A stretch of 63,566 bases of DNA, the filler included, from Platydemus manokwari (taxonomy: Eukaryota), in assembly GCA_037951405.1 (NCBI GenBank). It is 5 parts of 5 records of this genome, joined end to end, with 100 filler letters (N's around TTAATTAATTAA, not from the genome) between each part and the next. Parts side by side here need not be neighbours in the genome. Positions count along the whole stretch, not along the records: positions 1 to 18,314 come from JBBMOY010477775.1; positions 18,415 to 28,786 come from JBBMOY011138883.1; 3 more parts are not named here. The stretch is one strand, 5' to 3'. A program made the position numbers and the translations under genes. The stretch's first letter is position 1. Each line of letters opens with the position of its first letter. Positions 15,401 to 26,500 of this stretch are shown here, one piece after another. Under the pieces are notes generated by a model that ran no database searches, was not told the DNA's origin, and saw nothing but the letters and a program-made list of their open reading frames with translations.

Positions 15401-15699
15401 ACCCGTCTTGCTTGTTACAAAATCTTCTGTCGGCTTGCAATCAAACTTCACAGCTTCGCAGCAGCCCAACTACAGTTTCTCGAGATTATGTTGTGGAAAA
15501 TATTTATCGTCGTCGCAAACGGAAATTATTCAAACATAGAAGGCGTGGTAGGTCATATAAACCCAATTTGTCCTTGTCTCCGTCGAGAATAGCCCGAACG
15601 ATCAACTCTTATAATGATTGTGAATTGTATGTCGATTCGTCGTCTAATCTTCAAATATCACCTCCTCCGCCAAGTCCCATAACTGTTGTGTCCGCTTAA
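3474..15699 (+). CDS. LRP5/6: LRP5/6 (arrow)-like Wnt co-receptor, multi-exon
   Basis: Spliced model (GT-AG, mostly 45-55 bp introns) gives four degenerate YWTD propellers (YWAD, YWMN, YWTD, YWID, LWSD, LWTD). Each is followed by an EGF module (CSSICLP ~4308, CEELCFP ~5525, CSQFCLP ~8443, CSHLCLS ~12955). Then three LDLa repeats (CDMLEDCLDGSDE, CDGVADCESDE, CNGIRDCVDGSDE), a TM helix VAIIAGTIAISACSIAIIYICL (~14308-14373) and a tail ending PPPPSPITVVSA* (TAA 15697-15699). This is the diagnostic LRP5/6 architecture. Confidence 0.9.
8562..9391 (-). mobile_element. Internally deleted pogo/Tigger-like DNA transposon relic in an LRP intron
   Basis: Decayed psq-HTH-like start (MAKQKWVQLIVV*KLK from 9184) and a CENP-B-type HTH (FNVLRKELSAWVDGLEERGAIITDNVLKEKTVQIADKL, ORF 8788-9048). 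No DDE domain seen. Degenerate 24-bp TIRs (16/24 identical) at 8562-8585 and 9368-9391, each flanked by TA. Confidence 0.65.
11930..12200 (-). mobile_element. Ty3/Gypsy-type integrase relic in an LRP intron
   Basis: Minus strand reads DCWRQFE / ESQYMKNACIKSGIKREFSYSYHEQSNG*AKRFIRTLRKMI, matching the rve core (DxGxQF.S ... YHPQSNGxAERxxRT) with a frameshift and a stop. Surrounding 11580-12800 is probably more decayed element. Confidence 0.7.
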
Positions 15700-16880
15700 T
15701 GTGAATGTGTAACTATTTTTTGTTAATAAATGTGTTGTTTTCTACAGTTTATTTGTTGGGAATTTGATTTCCGTAATAATTCGCCAATCATTTCATTTTT
15801 AAGCATTTTTTATAAATTATTGATTTTGAATAATAATGTTTTGTGAAATAAATTGTCCGAGCAGGTTATCAAAAGAAAATCAATATCAAACGATTAATAA
15901 TCTCGACACAATAACGTAATGAACAATTTAAACAAAACCACGTGATTAATTATTAAGGTAAATAAAGTTTCCCAATTTTCTCCACTGATGGATAAGAAGC
16001 CAAACTTCAATGAAATTATACCCAGTATTTCAGTTGAGTTTCAAATAGATAAAGATTAGTAAAATATTTTCCATTTAATCTTCGCTGCGTTATCAATGAA
16101 GGAAAAAATATTGATTTTTGAGCATTAATGGAAAATTTCATAATTATTTTTGATAAGTTCACTTTTACAAAAATCATTAAGCAGTAATTTCAAAGTCAGA
16201 TTGAATTATTATTATTGATAATAATAATATTATTATTCAGACATTTTATTCGTGGCAATTCATATTATCAGTTCGAATAGTAAATGTCGATTTTATTTCA
16301 GCAAGGAAAAATTGATATTTTCGATTCAGTCAATCCATAATACATGGTTGCTATGGATTGTATTTATGATTATTTGTTTAAATTCCATTAATCGATTAAT
16401 AAATATTAATCAATATAATAATAACCAATACCATTGTTAAATTAAAGTGGAAAGATGAGAATACAGCGGAAGATATTCATAAAGTCTCTTTTGAACGTTT
16501 AGCAATTGGTATAAATCGATTATCTATAGTTAATTATGTTGATAATGTATTTTTTTATTCGATTCTATTAGATTAATGCTCGTCACCAGGTTTCTACATC
16601 TGTGAGATGTGCTGACTGTTATTTTATGCGACACCAGAACTAATCCCACTCGTTAATTTAGTAGGGCTGTGGTTTTAAGTACTATGGAGACAGGATATAA
16701 ATATTAGTTAAATTATAAATCAATATATCAATAATATCTCAATAATTAAATAATAATTTAATTAAATAATTAAATAACAATCAATAAACAAACAATGATT
16801 TCATATAAACAATAAATATATTAAATTTAGAATCTCAAAGATGCTGAAATAAACTGTTATTTCCGACAACAAACATTTAG

Positions 16881-17248
16881 AGTGGTCCGCATGGGATTCC
16901 TGAGAATATAATTGGTGTAACAAATGAAAGTGAAGAGGATGAGATTATAATATTTAATTTAACAGGAGCACATAGCTATGGACACATTAGTCAAGGTTCC
17001 GGATAAAAAATTGAAATTTAATCGATCGCATTGTAAGTGTAAAAGAATTGAAAATCTCAGCATCCAATATCTGTAACGATGCAGTGGTATCAAAACTTGA
17101 GAACTCGGGATGTTTCTTCATTGAAAAATTATATGACAACAATTTTGGCAAATCCAGCATGTCGACATTCTGTAATGGAACAGTGTGCACTGAGCCTACT
17201 GTACAGTCATATTTTTTCAAGGTTAAACCATGGTTTCCTGTCAGTTGA
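16881..17248 (+). CDS. Possible small spliced gene or pseudogene of unknown function (Cys-containing)
   Basis: Phase-consistent putative exons 16881-16929, 16966-16995 and 17046-~17245 give SGPHGIPENIIGVTNERAHSYGHISQELKISASNICNDAVVSKLENSGCFFIEKLYDNNFGKSSMSTFCNGTVCTEPTVQSYFFK. No start or family recognised. Confidence 0.25.
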
Positions 17249-18135
17249 TTGGTAACCTGATTGGTAACCACGTTCCTATTTCAGAATTAGTTGTTATTAC
17301 TAATTTCTGTTTTATTCTTTATTTGGGGTTACACAAAATGCCAGTCTTGTTTTTCATTGTAATAAGTCGCCTTGGCTCGTGATTTCACATTTTTTTACTT
17401 TTCTCGTTTCGAGGCTTGAATTTTCATATTTTTATCTTTATTATTTCACTAACTATTATAAATATTTTATTTATTCCGATCATCTGGATCTCCTCACTGA
17501 CATTAATATATTGGTTCATATTAATCTCATCGGTTTTCGTTTGATTTTATCACTTCCCAACAAATAAAATTATATTTCTGTATAAAAGGATTCCGTTTAG
17601 TGTAACAAGATTTTATTGAAGCTATAAATATAATTGCGCCCGAGCAAAATCAATATCGCTAAATCAACAAATAACTCGGTCAAATGATGAATCGAAACAG
17701 ATGGATGACTAAATAATTATTATTATACCTTTCGAAACAAGAAAACCAGTAAAATCTCTGAAATTATTGCGACACAATCTCAACTGGTAATTATGGCAAA
17801 TGATATAAACTGTTATGCGAGAAACTCGGTCACAAGATTTAGTAGTTGTTTTATATATCAATAGCTGTATGAGTTCTGGCGAGATCCGGTTTACTCATGG
17901 GTTTACTGAATCCATCTATTAAACGGTATAATTTCAATAATAAACCATAAAAACTCTTGCCTTTCTTATTAAATAACATCAGTATCCGTATGAGTTATGA
18001 ATGCGTGAATCACATATTGCTATAAAGATATGATTTAACATTGTATATCACTACCAAATCAATCATGATTTCAATCGGTTATTGTCAAATCCCAGATTTT
18101 GTAGTGAAATGATTTACACAAAATAATATAATGAC

Positions 18136-18314
18136 AATGATATTGATACTAGAAATGATAACGATAATGATATTGATGCTAGAAATGATGACGATAATGA
18201 TATTGTTACTAGAAATGATGACGATAATGATATTGTTACTAGAAATGATGACGTTGATGCCAGGATGATGATGACGATGATGCCAGGATGATCATGATGA
18301 CGATGATGCCAGGA
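18136..18314. repeat. Minisatellite: ~4 x 30-bp units then 21-24-bp units, running into the contig end
   Basis: AATGATATTGTTACTAGAAATGATGACGAT repeated, then GATGCCAGGATGATGATGAC-type units. Confidence 0.9.
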
Positions 18315-18414
18315 NNNNNNNNNNNNNNNNNNNNNNNNNNNNNNNNNNNNNNNNNNNNTTAATTAATTAANNNNNNNNNNNNNNNNNNNNNNNNNNNNNN
18401 NNNNNNNNNNNNNN
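18315..18414. other. Artificial contig spacer (44N-TTAATTAATTAA-44N)
   Basis: Identical 100-bp structure occurs four times; the 12-mer places stop codons in all six frames. Confidence 0.97.
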
Positions 18415-18683
18415 AGATGTAATTCTCCGGGATATTTTCCTGTTGAAAATTTATTTAAAAATTTATTGTTTGTTATTTGAGATTGTATATCTCCACCTTT
18501 TTTGAAAAATGAAGAATATTTTTCTTTGAAATTTTGAAATTTTTCTTCTTTACTGCTTTTTTCATTATTAATAGTTTTTTCATTACTACTTTTTAAAATA
18601 TGTTTTTTAGTTTGTTCATGATTCCATTTATTATTTTTTGAATAACTTTTTTCACAAAAATCACAATAGTATTTTTCTACCAT
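18415..18683 (-). CDS. Polinton/adintovirus-like ORF: U1-type C2H2 zinc finger plus probable start of a parvovirus-type PLA2 (PLA2X) domain, truncated by contig end
   Basis: Intronless Lys/Asn-rich ORF with YYCDFCEKSYSKNNKWNHEQTKKH. It ends GKYPGELHL at the gap, resembling the ELHL..PGYxYxGPG lead-in of adintovirus/Polinton PLA2X proteins. The catalytic part is not visible. Confidence 0.55.
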
Positions 18684-18747
18684 TTTTTGTTAAAGAAATT
18701 TATTTATTTTTGGAATTTTTTAACTTTTTTTTTATAGTCGCTTCGGT

Positions 18748-18999
18748 AGTAGATAAGATAACCATACTTTGAGGAAAAGACCCCGTTTTCAGGTAATTAA
18801 TGAAGAAATTTACCTTTTTTTTATCGATTTTGTTTAGTACTTTTTTTAGTTTTTTTTTTTTTGGTGGGGTGCTAACCCCTTTTTTAGGTAAATAATGAAA
18901 AAAATTTACCTTTTTCATCGATTTTTCTACTAGTTTTTTTACTACTTTTTTATTAGTAGATTTGGGGTCTGTCCTCAAAGTATGGTTATCTTATCTACT
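18748..18999. repeat. 36-37-bp inverted repeat (AGTAG...CTACT) enclosing two ~85-bp imperfect direct repeats; Polinton-terminus-like
   Basis: 18748-18775 AGTAGATAAGATAACCATACTTTGAGGA is the exact reverse complement of 18972-18999 and extends to GACCCC/GGGGTC. Each inner repeat contains an AGGTAA...TTACCT mini-hairpin. Confidence 0.85.
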
Positions 19000-19222
19000 T
19001 GCATATCTAGTAAATCAGATTTTACAAGCATCTCATCTGAGCATGAATCAATTCAATGACACTATTAACCGTATGACTAAAATAGCACATCAAAACCTGA
19101 ATGGATGGATTCAATTAAACGGCAGATGGGATCAACTAATGCAAACAACTAATAATAATCAGACTACCCCAAACATCTTCGAAAGTCTAGGAATAGAGGA
19201 GCCCAGTGGTAACAATGAATTC

Positions 19223-19765
19223 ATGAATACGCTTCTAAAATATTATTAAGAATGAATGTCATAAGTAAAACCTCATTAATGATTGCACCTTATGATTGAG
19301 CCAAGCCAAATCTTTCCTCTATTTATTCTCTAGTCAACTTAATCGAATGTCCAGTAGTTAACCCATATAGAGTAAAAGAGGGACAACCAGTAAAATATTA
19401 TATGTATCAAGGGATGGATTTCTACCGAACTACTGTTAAAGAGTGTAGAGTAACTCGAGCAACATTTGAATATTATTGCGGCATACATAGTAGAACTGCT
19501 ACTTTAGATGCTAAGCTCATACCTCGAAATGTCAAAATAACACCTGGAAATTGTAAGGAAGCTTTTGACACTGAAAAACTATGAATAGATAACGAATTAC
19601 AGCTAAAAGCAAGAGAAGGGTCAATTTTAGTAGAAACCATTACCCAAGGAGGTACAATAGCAGCCGATGGCTCATGTACCGGTCGTGCAAAATATCGGAA
19701 GGGCCAACTCATCGAATTCGTAGTTGATATCAAAGACTACCAAATTGAATTACGCACTTATATGC
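19223..19765 (+). pseudogene. Chuvirus-type (class III, gB-like) envelope glycoprotein, N-terminal fragment
   Basis: One frame from 19252 reads IAPYD*AKPNLSSIYSLVNLIECP...YMYQGMDFYRTTVKECRVTRATFEYYCGIHSRTA...ITPGNCKEAFDTEKL*IDNELQL...TITQGGTIAADGSCTG...EFVVDIKDYQIELR. The YDC / SL...C / C-x9-CGxHS / C..A / G....DG.C.G pattern is typical of chuviral and chuvirus-derived retroelement glycoproteins. Two in-frame TGA (19297, 19582), a probable frameshift in the signal peptide and a 3' truncation. Confidence 0.75.
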
Positions 19766-20523
19766 CTCACTGCTTAATGCATTTTGGTTTTTATCGGGTT
19801 TTCTTGAAAATAATTCGTTTGATCGTAAAAATTCATTTCTAACTGCATTGTCTTGAATTAAATGGTGTATGATCGAACATGAATTTATTGATTTTCCATA
19901 AGTATTAATATTTCGAGAAAATAATAACCGATATTTGTTTTAAGCTCAAACTTCAGTGTTTTCAAGAAATCGTTGAAAAGTTTCAAAAAAATATTATGAA
20001 ATAAATCAATTATCAACGGGAAAAAATGCTTTAAAATTAATTTCGAATGCACTCAAACTAATTTTCTAAATATTGTAATACGTAATAATTCTTCATCATT
20101 AATTTAACTCGGTTTAACTTTAAAATCAAATTTTATAAATGATTCTGAAATTTGAAGTTTTTATAGATTTATTTCAAAATCGATTTTCATCTTTCCTAAT
20201 TTATAAAAGAATTTCTTTCACCACAAATCTTATTTTTAAATTATAATTTGACCTTGAATTTGTTTAAGTATTCGCAGCGAAATTTATTAATTTCTTATAA
20301 ACACACAATTTCAAATCAAAAATGTTAACTATAGATTATTGAATATATTTTATATATCGATTAAATGATTTTATTAGTATAATTTATCTTTTAAATATAA
20401 TTTTATAAATATTGATTTGAAAATAAATTTAATTGTTCGACAATCGATAATAATTATAATTTAATTTTAGAAAATCTAAGATTTCAGATAAAAAAATAAT
20501 TATCTATTAAAAAATAATAATAA

Positions 20524-23500
20524 ATGGGGTAAGTCTTAGTCAATTGAACAGGAAATTATTGATTGAATTTCTAGAGACTTGGAAAATTTTAGGATTCAGC
20601 TCTACGATGGTAACTTTGATGGAGTCAAAAGCTCCCTATCAGCTGAATTCATAAACATCATAATCGACCAAGAGGTGAGAATTATTTGTTTGAATTAAGT
20701 AAAAACTAATGTCGACATCTTCAAAATTGTGTCGAAATCATAAACTCTTGTTGAACAAATTTTTGCTATAAAATGATTTTGCAGAACATTGAGGGATCCT
20801 CTATAATTTTACTACAAATATAATAAAAATTAGATTATATAATCGCTGATGTCACTTGTAATATTTTTGGATTATTAGCCAAATTAAAACATATTCCAAT
20901 AATCAATAATGAACATGTTCGACGAAATGCTTTAGAAATAGATTTACGCGAAACTACTGCCTGGAATTCATAAATAATGAAATCTCTTTAGCCAATTATT
21001 AAGACAATCACGAGATTTTTTCAATAATTTCTGAGGACTGGATGCACCCTGGGAGTTTAAGATATTATTCTGCGGCGCTATTAGTCAGACGGATGAAATA
21101 TCCGAAAATTATTTAACGCATTGTTCTTCATTCTCAAAAATATTTCGTACGACGCTCTATGAGGTGAAAAATATTCAAAAATATATCCGAATATATCCAA
21201 ATATTTGTAGACATGGTCCACCATTAGTCATGTCATTTTCACACACACACACACACACATATGTACAATGTTGTGCCCCTTGTGTGTGTTTAGAGTGGTC
21301 ATTGTTTCAAAAAGCATCATGTTGTTGAATCATTGATTATTGCAGAGCCAGACAACGCCGATTCACATAGCATGCCAACACGGACATTTAGATATTGGCA
21401 AATTATTGATTGAACACCAATGTAATATCGAAAGTGAAACGAAACTGGTATGGATATTCGTTACCAGTGTGATTTTTAAAATATTATCTTTTGCTCAGAA
21501 CTGGCGACCAATTCATATTGCCTGTTGGTATGGCCATATCGATCTTGTGATGTTATTGATCGAGCACCATTGTGATTTGGAATGTGAAACGAATAAGGTA
21601 AACTAAATCACTGAGTTATTCAATCATTGAAATTCCCATCAATCAATATCAATCAATATATATCCATTTAGAAAATGAGGCCCATACACGTAGCTTGTGA
21701 GAATGGACATCTTGACATTGTCGAATTATTGATCAAACATCATTGTGATATTGAATGCGAAACCAGTTCGGTAAATAATTTGTTTGTAATAATGCCAGAA
21801 AATATCTGAAAATAAATAGAATGAGAGACCGATCCATATAGCATGTTGGAATAGCCATTGTGATATTGTTAAATGTTTAATCCAATATCGATGCAATATT
21901 GAATGCCAGATGAAAAGAGTGAGGAAGTGGTTGGTAATTTTGTGATTTTTAAATCAATTATTGCTAGCAAATGAGACCAATCCATTACGGGTGCATGAAA
22001 GGCAAGCTGGATATAGTGAAATTATTGATTGAAAATAATTGTGATATTTATTGTCAAACTGATGTGAGTATTGATTTTTATTATTGATTATTAACAAATA
22101 GTCACATAAATGGGTCAGTTAATCTTTTTGTAGACATGGAGCTCTTGTCAAATACCGAATCCGTTGTGAAATCCCATGCCTCTCATCCTATTCTTAAAAT
22201 TACATGTGACTAATTCTCGTAAATGTCTTGAAAAATATTGAAATTCTTAACTTTTAATTTACTTCTTTGGAAGTACATCTAACGACACGGTCTCATAAGA
22301 AATGCGATTGAGTGCGAAAGACAATGTCAGTTAGAGCTTTAGTTTAGTTATCAATTTCTGTGGACCTAAGACAAGCAATGAGGAATGATTTTTGATAAAA
22401 AAAGAAGCTTAAATGATATGATCTTCCAGAAAAAACTGTTGAAGTTGTTGTATCTGTTTTGTTCTTTTGTCTAACTGGAAACGAGTTGAGCACAAGCTCG
22501 TAGTCATCCTAATCTATTCTTGTGAATCATTTGGTTCCTCGAAATATTGGCTGAAATATTCATTTTCAAAAATTTAATGTTTTCAATTTTTTATTGATTT
22601 TAAGCAGTTATCGATTTTTTTTCATTTATTATTGATTTCATTTAATTCATAATATTCGCTAAGTTTTAATTTTATTCAATAAACAATGTTTTTCGTTGAA
22701 TTTATTAAATTGTAAAATTATATTTCAAAGCAATCGGGATTATTGATCAATATTTTAATCAATTATAATTGCCCATCTCTATTATATTGGAAATAATTGA
22801 TCAACTAGCTTTATATTTAATATAATTGCTATTAGAGTTATAAATGAAGGAAAATAGTGTATCTCGACAGTTGTTGCAAATGAGATTTTGAAATTATCAT
22901 TTAATATTGCCATTTTTTACGAATCGATATTTCTATTGGATAAAATCTCATCACACACATGCTGATTGTTGTCAGTCTTCAATCAAATATTGAAAATCGA
23001 TCAAATCAGAACACGGATTAATTTGTCAATAGCATATCAGAAAATATTAGTTAATCGCAAATAAAGCTTAAACAAATTGACTTTCAAATGAAAACTTGTC
23101 ACAGTTTGTACCATCAGCGATGTTGCAGCGCACACCTCAATTTAAATACCGGCTTCCATATCAAAGTTCGCCGACATCATCGAGACATTGATATATCTTG
23201 TAAATAAATAGACGTTTTAATAACTGTTAATATCAAGGTTGACAAGATACAAAGAAATCATTCGCCCCTGAAGATTTTGTAAACAACATTACCTTTGTTC
23301 CGCACCATTTATTTGTTTACCTTTGTATTAATCGATTCTACGTTCGAAACAAACTGTTTGATATTGTACCTTTTTAAAATATCGTGTTATTCCTAGCTCC
23401 TCCCGTCGTGTATTAATTTCGAATTGAAACTGACTCGAGAGAGGCTTCTACAAAAATCTCTGCACCAATTTAGGAATTTGTTACCTCGGGGAAAACTGCA

Positions 23501-26500
23501 ATTCAATAGTTTAAAATTTACATATGAAGATTAGACATACATATGCGTGTTTTGTCTATTTGTTTCATCATCTACCAGTTATAAATTGATATCGGATGTT
23601 TTCTTTAATAGCTATCGATTAATAGAGATATTTAAAAGTGTTAAGCTAACATATATCGTTATGCCTGATACTTCTCAATTATTATCGATTGTATCATCTT
23701 GTTATCTGATTCCACTATCTAATTCATGTTACCTACTAACAGAAAGCACTCTAGCTCAAAACTATGAACTGAGTCCGATCACAATAGTGATATGTCAGTG
23801 AAGAATCTGCTTCTAGCTGTTATATCAATACTTCATAACATATATGCATCTAATACTACTTTCAATGCTAATATATCGTGAAATTTTATTACTAGACTAC
23901 TTCTACAACTACAAAGACTACCTCATTTCTTTTTCTTGTTGAAAACGGGTTTATTTATGGTGATTCTTTCAATACAACCACACACTGGTACGTCTGCTTG
24001 CGACCTCTTTACTAAAATATATAATATTCAACATGAATAATAAAAATAATTTTTATTTTCAAATTTATGAATTTTGTCTTTACAAATCGTTGATTTATTG
24101 ATTTATCGAATTTGTAATTTTTGGCGGATTCATTGATTCCACTTAAACTTTTATGAGTTTTTTTTCTTAAAATTCAAATTTGGTTATTGATTTCTGTGTT
24201 ACGTAAATAATGGTTTTAAAGGATTTTTAAAAATGCAAGCAACTTTAATTGGTTAATCTAAAGTATTGATTATTAATAAAATTTTGTTACTAACGCTTTA
24301 CTGGGCTCATCAGTGTGATCGGTACTAACATAAAGGAGTGTTATTATTAATCTCAGAAATCTCAGACCCCATTCAACTATATTCCACATTAATTTGCTAT
24401 GCGGAGATCTGATTTATACATACATATTTTATGATTTATCAAAATGGCTGGAGCTTGAAAATATTATTTCCATTTCATGTATATTTTAGATTTTGGGGTT
24501 TTTGTCTATAATTTCTTTATAAGATTATCTTGTTAAATGGAAATATTCTCTGTCGAATCACTGTTCAAATCGACGAATTCATTATTGGTTTTTTTCTATC
24601 TAAATTTTTAATGATAAATAAATTCACTGAGCTGTTGCCATCCAATGGGTGGATTTTGGATGCACATCAGTCCGTCATGTACACCCCTGAGCCTGATGTT
24701 TATTCTGAAAAAAATAAAAAAAACGATTATTTTTATTAAAATCTTGAATTGAAAAGAAGTAGAAATAGAAATTGCTGTCTCAGTATCCTTGGAAACAAGA
24801 TAAATTATATTGATTTTTTCTAAAATTTTGATTATAATGATTTTTAAAATATTTTTAATTGTCAATTAAAAAATCAATTAATAAATTGGATTGTGTGGCT
24901 GAATCTATTTGACATTTTTATATGATTCCAGGACGCATCTTTACCACTGGATTTGGCCACTCAATTCGGTCATGTAAATTGTGTCGAATATCTATCAGAA
25001 ATAATTGATAACAGAAGCAAAGTGAACGATTCGTTATGTTGTATTGTATTTATAAAACAGACTTTCAGACTTTTGCATTTATTCGATCCAACGATGTTGA
25101 AGGATTTGAAAAATTCTACAATTTTTCCAGTTTAGCAATACTGGAACCTGAAGTAGATAAATAATCGATTATTGATGGTATTGATTATTTATTTGATTAT
25201 TCAAGAATGGATTGTCTGTGATTGAGATTGCTTTGGAGAGTAATGCCGATAGAATCATTAAGTCCATTATGGAGAAAAGAACCAATAGTTCGGTAGAATA
25301 TTTATTGATTAAAAAATGATTGATTAATAAATGATTAGGAGATTTCATTCTTGATCAATGCCTTGAAAAATATTGAAAATACTGATCGAATAAAACTAAT
25401 CAAAGAAGTGACATCATAATTTGTGTTTGATGATTTTATTCGTTAATTCAGTGTATTCTTTATCGATCTATCAGAGACCACCATCAAACGGGTTTTCAAT
25501 GGGCTTGTTCACCCAATATCGTCAATGGCGATAGAAAACTCGTTGATTTAATTTGTTTTGAAAATTTATTGATTGATTAATTTTTTGTTATGTAGGTGTT
25601 ACCGTCATTCTTGGAATTAGCGGCAGAACACGGTGCTTATGCTTTTGTCAATGAGCTTTTAAGAAAGAGCATTTATAATGAAGAAGTCAGAAAAAATCAA
25701 TAATTTATTTCAGATATAAATGCTGTTTCATTATTTCAGTGTTGGATCAATGCAAGAAATATCGCACAAAATAAACATTTTGATCACATATTAAAATCAA
25801 TAACATCTAGACAATCTCTTATCAAATCACGACAACAAGTATTTTCTACTTTTCATTTCATTCATTCAACTTCATACATTTATATACATTTGTATACATT
25901 TATATACATGTATATACATTTATATACATGTATATACATTTATATACATTTGTATACATTTATAGACTTTTATATACATTTATAGACATTTATATACATT
26001 TATATACATTTATAGACTTTTATATACATTTATATATATTTATATACATTTATATACATTTATAGACATTTATAGACATTTGTATACATTTATAGACATT
26101 TATACACATTTGTATACATTTATATACATTTAGACATTTATATATATTTTTATATATTTGAAGGTCAATTTCAGTGGTTTACAAACATCAGTTTGTGATG
26201 GTGATATCGATATGGTGAAATATATTATCGATTATCATCTCACTGATATTCATTCCAATGAAAATGTAATAATGAATATTTGATAATTATTGATTATATT
26301 CCAATGATTATATCCAGATATTTCGAGCAGCTCTAACACTTGCTCAAACTGTTTGTCAAGATGAAATCGTAAATGTTTTGCAACTTTTTATTATCTCTCC
26401 TACCATTGAAGAATCAGAAGTTAATAAATCGATTGATTTTTTTCTGATTATTATTAATAATTATTATTATCGATTATAGAATGTACAATCTGTAGAATTC

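Noticed and set aside
18136-18314. CRISPR-like array
   Set aside because: Head-to-tail tandem units with no unique spacers, in a eukaryotic context.
18359-18370. TTAATTAATTAA repeated four times between N runs as a biological repeat or regulatory site
   Set aside because: Always centred in exactly 44+44 N; it is a six-frame-stop assembly linker.
18700-18978. Lys-rich 92-aa ORF
   Set aside because: Translation of the T-rich repeat and hairpin structure; low complexity.
19297-19584. TGA recoding (Cys/Trp/Sec) suggested by two in-frame TGA codons in the glycoprotein
   Set aside because: No in-frame TGA occurs in the host exons, including the 1060-codon spectrin ORF, and the glycoprotein is also frameshifted and truncated; ordinary decay explains it.
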